Notes: generated by a model not told the origin, from the sequence alone. A stretch of 64,000 nt of DNA from Ruminococcus sp. (GCA_015066805.1 SVNP01000003.1:57860-121859), one strand, 5' to 3'. Counted from the stretch's first letter, positions 44,736 to 54,218 are shown. Numbers and translations are program-made.

Positions 44736-45905
44736 ATGGCAAATCCTACCCCCAACAAACCCCGCAAACCCCTTGCACTGCCTCTTATGCTGCTGGGCGA
44801 TGTTCTTTTGCTGGCAGTGTGCATTCTCTCGTTTGCGTATTTTCATCATGTGCGCCCCCAGACCTACGAAAACGATCCCAGCAAGCTGCCCCAGGCGGTG
44901 ATCCCAAACCGTGACCCCTATGCCACGGATCCCGCACAGAGCAGCACCTCAGGGGGCAGTACCACTACCCTCACCACCACCGCTACCGATCCTGTCTCAG
45001 GGGGAGAGGGCACCACGACAACTGTATCCGATGTGACCACCACTACCTTGTCCGGCGGAGAAACCACCGTTACCGGCAGCTCCTCCACAAGTGCATCCAC
45101 CACCACAACCACCACCGCAAAGCCCTTGGAGCCGGATCTTTCCGGTTGGGGCAGCAAGTGGCCCGATGTGTTCTCGTGGGATGACTCCGTGGTGATCACC
45201 GAGAATTCCTACCGCAGCCACGATGTTGCCATCAACATTGAAACACGGCAGGTGGGCAAAAGTGTGGCGTACATCGCCGATGTGTATGTGCGTTACATTG
45301 ATAACTTCAAATCTGCCTTTGCCCAGGGTGAGTACGGCAAAAATATCATTGAACGGCCCGAAAAAACCGCTGCCGCCAACAATGCCATTCTTGCGGTGAA
45401 CGGCGATTATTATGGCATCCGTGACAACGGCATCATCGTGCGGAATTATGTTATGTATCGGGATACCCCCCGTGCTGATATCTGTTCCGTATTTTATGAC
45501 GGCACCGTGCAGGTCAGCGAGCACGCAGATTTTGATCTCAATGCTGCCCTGCAGAACGGTTTGTACCAGACCATGACCTTCGGACCGCTGCTGGTAAAGG
45601 ATTACACCGCAAAAACCCAGTTTACACCGGGTATTCTGGGTGAAAATCCCCGCACGGGCTTTGGCTATTACGAGCCGGGGCATTATGTATTTGTCACCGT
45701 GGATGGCCGTCAGGAGGGCTATTCCATCGGCATGACCATGTACGAGTTTACCGATCTGTTTATGGAGCTCGGCTGCCGCAATGCCTATAATCTGGACGGT
45801 GGCCAGAGCGCTATGATGATCTTTAACGGCGAGGTGTACAACAAGCCCTACAACGGCGGCCGTGGTACCAGCGATATCTTCTACATTGGGGAGGTGCAGC
45901 CATGA
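44736..45905 (+). CDS. Phosphodiester glycosidase (NAGPA-like, DUF2233) family protein, N-terminally anchored with Thr/Ser-rich linker
   Basis: The blocks LAVNGDYYG, GFGYYEPGHYVFVTVDGRQ and AYNLDGGQSAMM are present. ATG 44736 lies after a GGAAAGGAAG RBS. Confidence 0.75.
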   Translation: MANPTPNKPRKPLALPLMLLGDVLLLAVCILSFAYFHHVRPQTYENDPSKLPQAVIPNRDPYATDPAQSSTSGGSTTTLTTTATDPVSGGEGTTTTVSDVTTTTLSGGETTVTGSSSTSASTTTTTTAKPLEPDLSGWGSKWPDVFSWDDSVVITENSYRSHDVAINIETRQVGKSVAYIADVYVRYIDNFKSAFAQGEYGKNIIERPEKTAAANNAILAVNGDYYGIRDNGIIVRNYVMYRDTPRADICSVFYDGTVQVSEHADFDLNAALQNGLYQTMTFGPLLVKDYTAKTQFTPGILGENPRTGFGYYEPGHYVFVTVDGRQEGYSIGMTMYEFTDLFMELGCRNAYNLDGGQSAMMIFNGEVYNKPYNGGRGTSDIFYIGEVQP

Positions 45906-46378
45906 ACGGTCTGAAACGGCTGGGCAAGGGCATTTATGCGTTTCTGCCCCATCTGCTCATTACCTGCTCGGTGATGGCACAGACCTTTTACTTTATCAAT
46001 CGGGTCAATGAGGCCATGAATTTCCTGACAGCACGCATTTCCACGGGCTTCCAGACGGTATACTGTGCGCTGATGATCCTGACTGCGGGCTGTGCGCTGG
46101 TGCTGCACAGCAAAGCAAGATGGTTCGGTGTGCCCTGTATGCTGGGTGCTGCGGTGCTGTTTGTGCCGATCTGCCGAGCCTTTTTGCAGGATAACCCTGT
46201 GGTGGCTTCGGAAGCATGGTACCAAACGGTGCTGATGCTGACCGCTTGCTTCTGCCTGCTGTTTGCTGTGGCACAGATCGTTGTACAGCGTAAGGCAGCC
46301 ATGGCTGCATATCGTGCAGCCGCACAGCCTAAGGCCGCAGAGGAGCTCCCCGAGCCTGTACCCGCACCTGCGGATTGA
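45902..46378 (+). CDS. Hypothetical membrane protein
   Basis: It has four hydrophobic segments and an ATGA overlap with the upstream gene. Confidence 0.5.
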   Translation: MNGLKRLGKGIYAFLPHLLITCSVMAQTFYFINRVNEAMNFLTARISTGFQTVYCALMILTAGCALVLHSKARWFGVPCMLGAAVLFVPICRAFLQDNPVVASEAWYQTVLMLTACFCLLFAVAQIVVQRKAAMAAYRAAAQPKAAEELPEPVPAPAD

Positions 46379-46425
46379 TGACAACTGTATATCCTGCCAC
46401 CGGGTAGAACACGGAATTTTAACAT

Positions 46426-46476
46426 CCGTCTGCGCTTCGTTAGGTCTGAGAAGAAGCGCAGAACGGGTGTTTTTTC
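46426..46476 (+). terminator. Terminator/attenuator hairpin between the membrane-protein gene and pnuC
   Basis: 13-bp bulged stem CCGTCTGCGCTTC/GAAGCGCAGAACGG, then GTGTTTTTT, ending 7 nt before the pnuC RBS. Confidence 0.6.
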
Positions 46477-46499
46477 ATTGTAAGGAGGCTTATGCTGCT

Positions 46500-47201
46500 A
46501 TGAAACGGAAATATCCCAATCCCTTTGCCACGCTGACCAAAACGGAATGGCTGCTGTGGGGCGGCTCTCTGGCTGCCATTGCCCTGACCTTGCTGCTCAG
46601 CGGTGGCTGCGACCTTATGGTGCTGTTTGCGCTGCTTGTGGGTGCTACCGCCCTGATCTTTGTATCCAAGGGGGACCCCTTGGGACAGTTGCTGACCATT
46701 GTATTTGCTGTGATCTATGGGGTGATATCCTTTCGGTTCCGCTATTGGGGGGAGATGATCACCTATGTGGGTATGACTGCTCCAATGGCTGTGGCTGCAC
46801 TGATCTCATGGCTGCGGCATCCCTTTGAGGAGGGAAAAGCCGAGGTGGAGATCACGGAGATCAGCAAAAAAACATGGGCGGCGGTGCTGCTGCTGACGGC
46901 TGCGATAACGGCTGTTTTTTACCGGATCCTGCGGTTTTTGGATACGGCACAGATATTCTGGAGTACGGTATCCATTGCAACCAGCCTTTCGGCCTGTGCC
47001 CTGACCTATCTGCGAAGCCCTTACTATGCGGCGGCCTATTCCGCCAATGATGTGGTGCTGATGATCCTGTGGTATCTGGCTGCAAGAAAGGATGCGGGGT
47101 ATTATCCCATGATTTTGTGCTTTGCCATCTTTTTATGCAATGATGTGTACGGCTTTTGGAACTGGCGGCGGATGCGGCAGCGGCAAAGGAAACAGGCATA
47201 A
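46500..47201 (+). CDS. pnuC: Nicotinamide riboside transporter PnuC family
   Basis: It has the PnuC-like helices and the FRFRYWGEMITY / ISWLRHP blocks. An AGGAGG RBS lies before ATG 46500. Confidence 0.75.
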   Translation: MKRKYPNPFATLTKTEWLLWGGSLAAIALTLLLSGGCDLMVLFALLVGATALIFVSKGDPLGQLLTIVFAVIYGVISFRFRYWGEMITYVGMTAPMAVAALISWLRHPFEEGKAEVEITEISKKTWAAVLLLTAAITAVFYRILRFLDTAQIFWSTVSIATSLSACALTYLRSPYYAAAYSANDVVLMILWYLAARKDAGYYPMILCFAIFLCNDVYGFWNWRRMRQRQRKQA

Positions 47202-47237
47202 AAACCGTCCCCGATATGATTTCGGGGACGGTTTTTT
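47201..47237. terminator. Bidirectional terminator between pnuC and the convergent pectate lyase
   Basis: Stem AAAACCGTCCCCGA/TCGGGGACGGTTTT. Confidence 0.8.
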
Positions 47238-47246
47238 ACGTCAGGC

Positions 47247-49853
47247 TTACAGGCCTGCCAGAATTTTCAGGATCGCCGTAGCATCGTTGCCGGTAATGCC
47301 TGTGACATCATCGCACTCGGCGTTCAGCATGCCCTGATCGGTAATGGTAATGGTGTTATCCTCCGCAATAAAGCGGTTCAGCAGGATCACATCGCCGATC
47401 TTAACAGCGCCGTCGCAGTTCACATCGCCCTTTACTACAGTAATGGGATCGGTGATGGTTGTGGTGGTTGTGGTAGTTGTTGTGGTAGTGGTAGTGGTGG
47501 TTTCCGCTGCCTGAGCCGCAACTGCCATTACGGTATAGTTGACACAGCCCGATGCCTGATTGTTCTGTCCAAGGGTGATGGTCTCGCCGGCCGTCATGGA
47601 CTTTTTATACAGCGCATACTGCACATCGTTGGAGTTGGTATAGGTCAGACCGGTAGCTTCCCAGCCGGAGAGCCAGCCGGGCAGCGTAGCCACACGCACA
47701 TCCATGCCTACATACAGGGAGAGATCTGCGCCTGCGGTAAAGGTGACCAGATCAGTTGTCAGATTCTTGGCATCGCAGGCGGTCATGATGTATTCGGCAC
47801 CGGAAAGCTCTGCCGGAAGACCCACATAGGTCACATCTCTGTCGCCGTAGAGCAGTGCGCCGTCTGCCAGATTCTGCTGCAGCGACCAGCTTGAGAAGTA
47901 GGTCTCATCCAGCACATACAGATCGGTAATGAGATTGCCGTTCATGGGAATGGCATCTCTGCCGAACACAAAGCTGTCCAGATTGCAGAGGTAGCTTTCG
48001 CCGCCCACAAACTTCAGGTAGATGTTTTTGGTGCCTGTTACGGTCTTCATATTGCAGGAGACCTCGGTATACTGCTGCCAGCCCCCTGTATTGGGTACTG
48101 CCACCGTTGCCGCGGGGGTTCCGCTGATGCTGCCGACATACACCTCAATGGTAGCACCCTCCACGGTACTTGCCACATTGGCAAAGAAGCTCTTGCCGCC
48201 GTCCTCAAAATCCACGGAACGGAACATGATGTAGTCGCCGTTTTCGATGTAGCCCACATTGGTGCCGCCGTTGCCGCTGTCCTCAGCCACAACGCCGCTC
48301 TGGGAGGAGAAGCTCTCTGCCTCAATGGTTTCAAAAGCAGAGATGGGGTCAATGGCAGCCATCTCGGGGGAGGGGATCACAGTACCTTCGGGGAAGGCGT
48401 TGACAGTCAGGTCGTTGATGTAGTATTCGATGTTGGTGTAGCCTTCGCCGCAGTAGTCGCCGTTGGTATCGGTGGCATCGTTGGGGTCAAGACCGCGGAG
48501 CAGCTCCCACTCATCGTCCATGCCGTCGTTGTCGTTATCGGTGATGGTCTTTTGCAGCACAGCAGCAGGGTAGCTGTATGTTACACCGCAGGCGATGCTG
48601 TACTTATCCAGATCGGTTACAGTGGAATCATAGGCTGCGGTACCGCTGCAGGAGCCTGTACCGTTTTTGGTTTCATCGGCACACTGGCGGTCAATGGCAG
48701 TACGCAGATCGGAGGAAATGCCGTTGCCTGCATACTGAATGACGTGCTCGTAGGCATCGGCTGCGCTTTCCACGGTTAATGCGGTGGAAACATCCTCGCC
48801 GTTGGTGGTGATGGCAAAATGCGTGTCGGAGCGTGTGGTGGCCTCGGATTTGCTTCCGCCATAGGTGATGGCAGACCAGTTGGCATTTTCCGCATTTCGC
48901 ACGGAGTTATCCTTGTTGATGATACGGTTGCCTGTGAGATACAGCATAAAGTTTTCGTTATCGGAAACCTGTGCATAGTGGTAGCCGCCCGTGGTGGAGT
49001 TGCCCGCCTTCAGGGTATTGCCCACATAGTTCACATGGCCGATGGTACCGTAGGTGGTCTGGTAGCCCCAGTCGTAGATGACGTTGTTGGTGAAATCCGC
49101 TGCATTCTGATCCGGCACCTTGCCGCGGAAGTTACGGGATACACAGTGGATGACCAGGTTATGGTCATAGGATACATTGGAACGACCCAGCATAATGCCG
49201 AATCCATGCACACCCTTGGCGTGGCCGCCCCAGGAGTTTGCAGGGCCGATCACCGAATATTGCAGGGTGTAATTATCATTTTTGGAGTACAGACCCCATT
49301 GCTCATCGGAGGTCCAGCCGATGGAGCAGTGATCCAGAATGGAATTGGAGCCGCCTGCGCCGCCCAGTGCATCGTTGCCGGAGCTGGTTGCCTTATAGGG
49401 GCCGGGACGGGAACTGATGAAGCGGCAGATGACGTTTTCACCGCCCAGACCCAGCTTATAGTTCTTTAAAGTGATGCCGCTGCCGCCGGGGGCAGTCTGA
49501 CCTGCAATGGTGATGTTGCTCTGGCAGACCACGTTGCTGGTCAGCTCAATGGTGCCGCTGACATCAAACACGACGATGCGGTTGCCCTGGCTGACAGCAT
49601 CACGGAAGGAGCCTGCACCGCTGTCATTCAGATTGGTAACATGGTAGACCTCACCGCCGCGGCCGCCTGTGGCATATTTACCGCCGCCTACTGCGCCGGG
49701 AAATGCAAGCAGACCTGCGGAATCGCCTTCTACCGTGGGCAGACTGCCGGAAAAAGTCATGCCGCCTGCCAGCATGGCAAGGCACAGCGCAAAGGCACCT
49801 GCCTTGCGTGCGGCTCTGCCCATAACGCTTGTTTTCTTTTTGGAATGTATCAT
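47247..49853 (-). CDS. PL1-family pectate lyase with CBM-like module(s), Thr linker and dockerin
   Basis: The N-terminal block is FPGAVGGGKYATGGRGGEVYHVTNLNDSGAGSFRDAV, followed by a beta-helix region. A CBM6/35-like block reads IEAESFSSQSGV...GYIENGDYIMF. There are 15 consecutive Thr codons. The dockerin reads GDVNCDGAVKIGDVILLNRFIAED. Confidence 0.8.
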   Translation of the reverse strand: MIHSKKKTSVMGRAARKAGAFALCLAMLAGGMTFSGSLPTVEGDSAGLLAFPGAVGGGKYATGGRGGEVYHVTNLNDSGAGSFRDAVSQGNRIVVFDVSGTIELTSNVVCQSNITIAGQTAPGGSGITLKNYKLGLGGENVICRFISSRPGPYKATSSGNDALGGAGGSNSILDHCSIGWTSDEQWGLYSKNDNYTLQYSVIGPANSWGGHAKGVHGFGIMLGRSNVSYDHNLVIHCVSRNFRGKVPDQNAADFTNNVIYDWGYQTTYGTIGHVNYVGNTLKAGNSTTGGYHYAQVSDNENFMLYLTGNRIINKDNSVRNAENANWSAITYGGSKSEATTRSDTHFAITTNGEDVSTALTVESAADAYEHVIQYAGNGISSDLRTAIDRQCADETKNGTGSCSGTAAYDSTVTDLDKYSIACGVTYSYPAAVLQKTITDNDNDGMDDEWELLRGLDPNDATDTNGDYCGEGYTNIEYYINDLTVNAFPEGTVIPSPEMAAIDPISAFETIEAESFSSQSGVVAEDSGNGGTNVGYIENGDYIMFRSVDFEDGGKSFFANVASTVEGATIEVYVGSISGTPAATVAVPNTGGWQQYTEVSCNMKTVTGTKNIYLKFVGGESYLCNLDSFVFGRDAIPMNGNLITDLYVLDETYFSSWSLQQNLADGALLYGDRDVTYVGLPAELSGAEYIMTACDAKNLTTDLVTFTAGADLSLYVGMDVRVATLPGWLSGWEATGLTYTNSNDVQYALYKKSMTAGETITLGQNNQASGCVNYTVMAVAAQAAETTTTTTTTTTTTTTTITDPITVVKGDVNCDGAVKIGDVILLNRFIAEDNTITITDQGMLNAECDDVTGITGNDATAILKILAGL
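47457..47501 (-). repeat. 15 consecutive Thr codons (linker before the dockerin)
   Basis: A mixed ACC/ACA/ACT run, counted codon by codon in frame. Confidence 0.9.
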
Positions 49854-49905
49854 ACAGAAAAACCTCCCCTGTGAATTGGCGTTTTGTATTTGATCCTCCG
49901 ATCTT

Positions 49906-49934
49906 ATCATAACACAGGCGCAGATATTTTGCAA
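49906..49934 (-). promoter_or_regulatory. Sigma-A-type promoter for the 47247-49853 pectate lyase
   Basis: TTGCAA-17 nt-TATGAT on the minus strand. Confidence 0.55.
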
Positions 49935-50004
49935 GGGGGACAGGCAAATCGGACACGAAAATACACAAACACAGCGCAAAAAAACAGTTTTATGTTCGCA
50001 CATC

Positions 50005-50033
50005 TTGCAACAAACGGGGTTTTGTGCTATAAT
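50005..50033 (+). promoter_or_regulatory. Sigma-A-type promoter for birA
   Basis: TTGCAA-17 nt-TATAAT. Confidence 0.6.
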
Positions 50034-50063
50034 CAAAGTAGATTTTATGCAAGGAGATGTGTT

Positions 50064-50879
50064 ATGTCGGTACAGGAATTACAGAGGCATCTGCACAGAC
50101 TTTGCGGTGACAGCCGCATTACCGTGCTGGATACGGTTCCCTCTACCAACAGTCATCTGCGCGCTCTGGCGGAGCAGGGTGCTGCCTTTGGTTCGGTTAC
50201 GGCATTGCGGCAGACCGCAGGCAGAGGACGCATGGGCAGACAGTTTTATTCCCCTGTCCGTGGGCTGTACTGGAGCATTCTGCTGCGACCCCCGTATACC
50301 GCCGAAGAATGTCTTGCGCTGACGCCCATTGCCGCCGTTGCCGCCGCTGAAAGTCTGGAGGCGGTGTATGGCGTGGCTCCAAAAATCAAATGGGTGAATG
50401 ACCTGCTGCTGGATGACAGAAAAATCTGCGGTATTTTAACGGAAAGTGCAGTTTGTGCAGACAGCCTGCGTCCAAGATATGTGATTGTGGGCGTGGGCAT
50501 CAATCTGGCACCCCCTGAGGGGGGCTTCCCCGAGGAATTACGGGAGATCGCAGGTACGGTGCTGCCCGCTGCCGAAGATTACAGCATCGAGCAGCACGCC
50601 CGTTTGCTGGTCACTTTACAGGAGCGTTTTCTGTATCATTACGGTCACATACAGGAAAAAGCCTATCTGGAGCCGTATCGCAGCCGCCTTTGTATGCTGG
50701 GGGAACGGATCCTTGTGCTGGAGAATGATACGCTGCGCCCCGCTGTGGCCATGGATGTGGATGAAGATCTGCGGCTGCTGGTGCGCTATGAGGATGGTTC
50801 CCTGCAATGGCGCAGCAGCGGTGAGATCCGCATACGGCGGGAGGAGGCTTCTGCCCTTTACAAATTCGGGGATTTGTGA
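50064..50879 (+). CDS. birA: Biotin--[acetyl-CoA-carboxylase] ligase (no N-terminal HTH)
   Basis: The GRGRMGRQFYSP motif and the KWVNDLLLDDRKICGIL block are present. The start is at 50064, after an AAGGAG RBS. Confidence 0.85.
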   Translation: MSVQELQRHLHRLCGDSRITVLDTVPSTNSHLRALAEQGAAFGSVTALRQTAGRGRMGRQFYSPVRGLYWSILLRPPYTAEECLALTPIAAVAAAESLEAVYGVAPKIKWVNDLLLDDRKICGILTESAVCADSLRPRYVIVGVGINLAPPEGGFPEELREIAGTVLPAAEDYSIEQHARLLVTLQERFLYHYGHIQEKAYLEPYRSRLCMLGERILVLENDTLRPAVAMDVDEDLRLLVRYEDGSLQWRSSGEIRIRREEASALYKFGDL

Positions 50880-50913
50880 TACAATGAAGATACATTTGTA
50901 AGGAGTGATGAAG

Positions 50914-51300
50914 ATGCTGATGTTTTCGGAGCTGACTGCACAGGAGGCTGCCGGCGGTTCCTTTCCGTGGGAGCTGACCGAGGGGCATCGGGTGCTGACT
51001 GTCAGCGATGGTACGGATCTCATCGGCCGTGGGCTGCTGCTGGAGGATACAGGCAGACTTTGGCTTATGGATCTGTTCATCCGTGAGGAAGACCGCCGCC
51101 ATGGCTTTGGAAGAACGCTGCTGAGTGTGGCTGCATCCTCTGCGGTGGAAAAGGGACGCTATGTGCTGTATGCTCATATGCCTGCCGATGAGGTCGCAAA
51201 GGCCTTCTGTAAGGCTGTGGGATTTGTTGCCGCAGCGGATGAGGACGGCGTTTGGATACTGGATCTGACCGAAACCAAGGGTATGCGGCATGGCCGCTGA
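50914..51300 (+). CDS. Small GNAT-family acetyltransferase
   Basis: It has an RRHGFGRTLL acetyl-CoA loop. The start is ambiguous among GTG 50905, ATG 50908 and ATG 50914. Confidence 0.6.
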   Translation: MLMFSELTAQEAAGGSFPWELTEGHRVLTVSDGTDLIGRGLLLEDTGRLWLMDLFIREEDRRHGFGRTLLSVAASSAVEKGRYVLYAHMPADEVAKAFCKAVGFVAAADEDGVWILDLTETKGMRHGR

Positions 51301-52369
51301 TGCGGGCCGTCTGACGGCTCTGTGCCGTGCCGTATTACGCAGTGCCCTGCTGTTCGGTATGGTGGCTGCCTGCGGTGCCGCTGCATTGGCAAAAGGTGCG
51401 GCAGGGGGCGATACCGTCGGGGCATTCCCCTATGGGGCACAGCTTGCAGAGCTGTATCATGAGCTGCGGCTGCGGTGTGGCAGTGATACCATCGGTTCCG
51501 TGTATGTCACCGAGGAACGGATGATGCGCCGGACCATTGAATATGATATGGAGAAGATCGAACAGACTGCTGCATGGGTCAATCATTTTGCAAGGCAGCA
51601 GACTGCGCCCGTATACTGGATGGCCTTGCCCACCGCCGCAGGCATTTACGGCGAGACTCTGCCCGAGTATGCGCCCCGTGCCAATGAGCCTGCCATGCTG
51701 CAGGCTGTTGCCGCACAACTGGATGATTCCGTGACTGCCATTGAGGTGTATAGCTGGCTGTATGCCATGCGTGAGGCTTACATCTGCTACCGCACCGATG
51801 ACCGGCTGACTGCATACGGCTCCTTTTGTGCTTATAAAACTGCCATCCGCAAGCTGGGGTTTACGGGTATTGGCTATGATCGCTACCGCATTACCCATCT
51901 GACCGCAGAATATCAGGGCAATCTGGCACAGGAAACAGGCTACTATCGGCTGCCTGCCGATGTGGTGGATCTGTATACCTGCGAGAACGGTGCCGAATAT
52001 ACGAGCATCACCGAATATGACAATAGCGGCAATGCAAAGCAGCGGGAGTCGTTGTATCAGACCGAGCTGCTTGCACAGGAGGAAGTGCTGCGGCATTCCG
52101 CCTGTGATGTGTTTGCCTCTGCGACAGTACCCATGCTGCAGGTGGAAACCTCTGTAGGCAACGGCAAGCATCTGCTGCTGCTGACCGACGACAACGGCCT
52201 GGGTATGGTTCCCTTTTTGATGCAGCATTATGCCTGCGTCACTGTGATCAATACCGATCTGGCAGAGGCAGCCCTTTGGGAACAGGCTTCTGCCATGGAG
52301 CCTGCACAGATCCTGATCGTGTGCGGCGCAGATACCATTGCAAACGGGCAGTGGCAGATAAAATCTTAA
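51290..52369 (+). CDS. DHHW-family paralogue with degenerate motif (DDRL in place of DHHW)
   Basis: YRTDDRLTAYGSFCAY aligns by eye with YMRTDHHWSALGAFYA of the 27156-28994 protein. It has an N-terminal TM helix. Confidence 0.6.
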   Translation: MAADAGRLTALCRAVLRSALLFGMVAACGAAALAKGAAGGDTVGAFPYGAQLAELYHELRLRCGSDTIGSVYVTEERMMRRTIEYDMEKIEQTAAWVNHFARQQTAPVYWMALPTAAGIYGETLPEYAPRANEPAMLQAVAAQLDDSVTAIEVYSWLYAMREAYICYRTDDRLTAYGSFCAYKTAIRKLGFTGIGYDRYRITHLTAEYQGNLAQETGYYRLPADVVDLYTCENGAEYTSITEYDNSGNAKQRESLYQTELLAQEEVLRHSACDVFASATVPMLQVETSVGNGKHLLLLTDDNGLGMVPFLMQHYACVTVINTDLAEAALWEQASAMEPAQILIVCGADTIANGQWQIKS

Positions 52370-52398
52370 TCATATGACCCGAAAGGAAACCTAAAATT

Positions 52399-53928
52399 AT
52401 GGCAAAGAAAAAGACAAGATCCACCAAGGCACCCCAGAGAACGCCTGCACAGGAGCAGAAGGCAAGAGAAAGCAAGGCGGCTCGCCGTGCCGAGGAAAAA
52501 GCAAGGCGCAAGCGGGAAAAGCGCAACAAGATCCTGCGGATCACTGCCATCAGCGTAGGCAGTGTGGCGGCCGTGGCAGGCATTGCAGTGGCAGTGCATC
52601 AGCTTGTACAGAACAGTGGTATTCTGATGCAGACCCGTATTGCCGCATCTACCAAGAATTTTGAGCTGACCAACGCACAGTATTGCTATTTCTACGATCA
52701 GTGCTACGACAGCTATGTATCCTACTTCAGCGAGGAAGGCCGTAAGCTGGAATTTGATATCAACAAAAAGCTGCGGGATCAGAAAACATCCGATGGCGAT
52801 ACATGGCACGAGTTCTTTCTGGAGAATACCAACGCTGTGGTGCAGACTACCCTGCAATACTGCGAGCTGGCTTACAAGGAAGGCTTTGCTCTGACCGAGG
52901 AGCAGCTTAAGACCTGCGCCGACAATGCTGCCAAGATGGATATGGCAGGTATGCCCAAGGGTGTGACCCGTGAGGATATGCAGAAGGCCATGGAGATCGA
53001 ATTGCTGGGCAATAGCTACTATTCTCAGTATGTGAACGCCATTGAGGTGACCGATGAGGAGATCGACGCACAGTACGAGAAGAACAAGGCAAAATATCAG
53101 ATGTGGGATGTGCTTTGCTATACCATTGCATGGTCGGCAGATGCCAACGCATCCAATACGGCTTTGACCAAGGAACAGGCAGGACAGTACGCCAAGGAGC
53201 TTTCCGAGTGCAAGAGCGTGGAGGAGTTTGAAGCCTATGTGCGGAATTTCCTCATCAAGGTAAAGCTGAAGACCGAAGCCGATGCCGATAATATGGTAAA
53301 GGCTATGAAGATCTCCACCAACGGTGCCAGCTATCAGGCGGCGGTGGCGGATTGGGCCATGAACAAATCTCCCGAGCTGTATGATACCTTTATCACAACC
53401 GAGGAGGGGCAGACCTCTTATCAGGTGTATATGCTGACCTCCATGCCCCAGCGCAATGAATCCGATACGGTGGATTTCCGTGTGATCGTGCTGCCCTACG
53501 GCTCCTACACCGACAAAGAAGGTGCTTTGGAGAAGGCGGAGATGCTGATGGATCAGTGGGAAAAGGACGGTGCCGATGAGGATGCCTTCTATGATCTGGC
53601 ACTGAGCTATACTGCCGACAGCAGCACCTATCAGAACGGTGGTCTGGTAAAGGCGTATTCCGCAGACCGTACCACCTACGGCAAGGATATTGCCAAGTGG
53701 CTTTTTGCAGATGGCCGCAAGAAGGGTGATACCACCATTCTGGCTGCGGATGATGCAGGTACAGGCGTGGTGCTGATGGCGTATTATCTGGAGGATAACC
53801 CCAGAAATGTATGGGAGAATCAGGCATACGATGATGTTTACAAGGCAGAAATGGCTGTGCTGACCGATGCACAGAAGCTGGTGCTGGTTTCCATAGATCA
53901 GAAGAACCAGCTAAAGCTGGACTTTTAA
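52399..53928 (+). CDS. Membrane-anchored parvulin-type peptidyl-prolyl isomerase/foldase (PrsA/SurA-like)
   Basis: It has a Lys/Arg-rich N-terminus, one TM helix and a SurA-N-like helical region. The PpiC-like block is FRVIVLPY...GGLVKAY. Confidence 0.6.
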   Translation: MAKKKTRSTKAPQRTPAQEQKARESKAARRAEEKARRKREKRNKILRITAISVGSVAAVAGIAVAVHQLVQNSGILMQTRIAASTKNFELTNAQYCYFYDQCYDSYVSYFSEEGRKLEFDINKKLRDQKTSDGDTWHEFFLENTNAVVQTTLQYCELAYKEGFALTEEQLKTCADNAAKMDMAGMPKGVTREDMQKAMEIELLGNSYYSQYVNAIEVTDEEIDAQYEKNKAKYQMWDVLCYTIAWSADANASNTALTKEQAGQYAKELSECKSVEEFEAYVRNFLIKVKLKTEADADNMVKAMKISTNGASYQAAVADWAMNKSPELYDTFITTEEGQTSYQVYMLTSMPQRNESDTVDFRVIVLPYGSYTDKEGALEKAEMLMDQWEKDGADEDAFYDLALSYTADSSTYQNGGLVKAYSADRTTYGKDIAKWLFADGRKKGDTTILAADDAGTGVVLMAYYLEDNPRNVWENQAYDDVYKAEMAVLTDAQKLVLVSIDQKNQLKLDF

Positions 53929-53941
53929 GAACACAGGCAGT

Positions 53942-53977
53942 AATCCGGAGGAGATTGTATTCTTCTCCGGATTTTTC
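53942..53977 (+). terminator. Intrinsic terminator after the PPIase gene
   Basis: Stem AATCCGGAG/CTCCGGATT plus TTTT. Confidence 0.7.
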
Positions 53978-54031
53978 TTGCCGTGAATTGGGGTTTGTAG
54001 GTGCCTCCGGCGGATTTATATTGAGGCTCAT

Positions 54032-54218
54032 GTTTCGCAAAGCGAAACTGAGCAGTTTGCTATGCAAACGTGCTCCGCCTCAAACTCCGCCAAAGGGACA
54101 TTGTCCCTTTGGAAACCCGTGACAATCCCCCAAGCCCCATAAAGGGGCTTGGGGGATTGATGCAGGAGTCCAGAGGAATAATATTCCTCTGGTGGGGGTG
54201 TGGGGGCAAAGCCCCCAC
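54032..54218. repeat. Array of six different back-to-back perfect or near-perfect hairpins
   Basis: The six hairpins are: 54032-54048 GTTTCGC/GCGAAAC; 54052-54073 GTTTGC/GCAAAC (extended); 54090-54112 CCAAAGGGACA/TGTCCCTTTGG; 54123-54159 16-bp CAATCCCCCAAGCCCC/GGGGCTTGGGGGATTG; 54170-54192 CCAGAGGAAT/ATTCCTCTGG; 54200-54218 GTGGGGGC/GCCCCCAC. Confidence 0.8.

Noticed and set aside
54032-54218. CRISPR array
   Set aside because: The hairpins are all different from one another. There is no repeated unit with unique spacers and no cas genes in the window.
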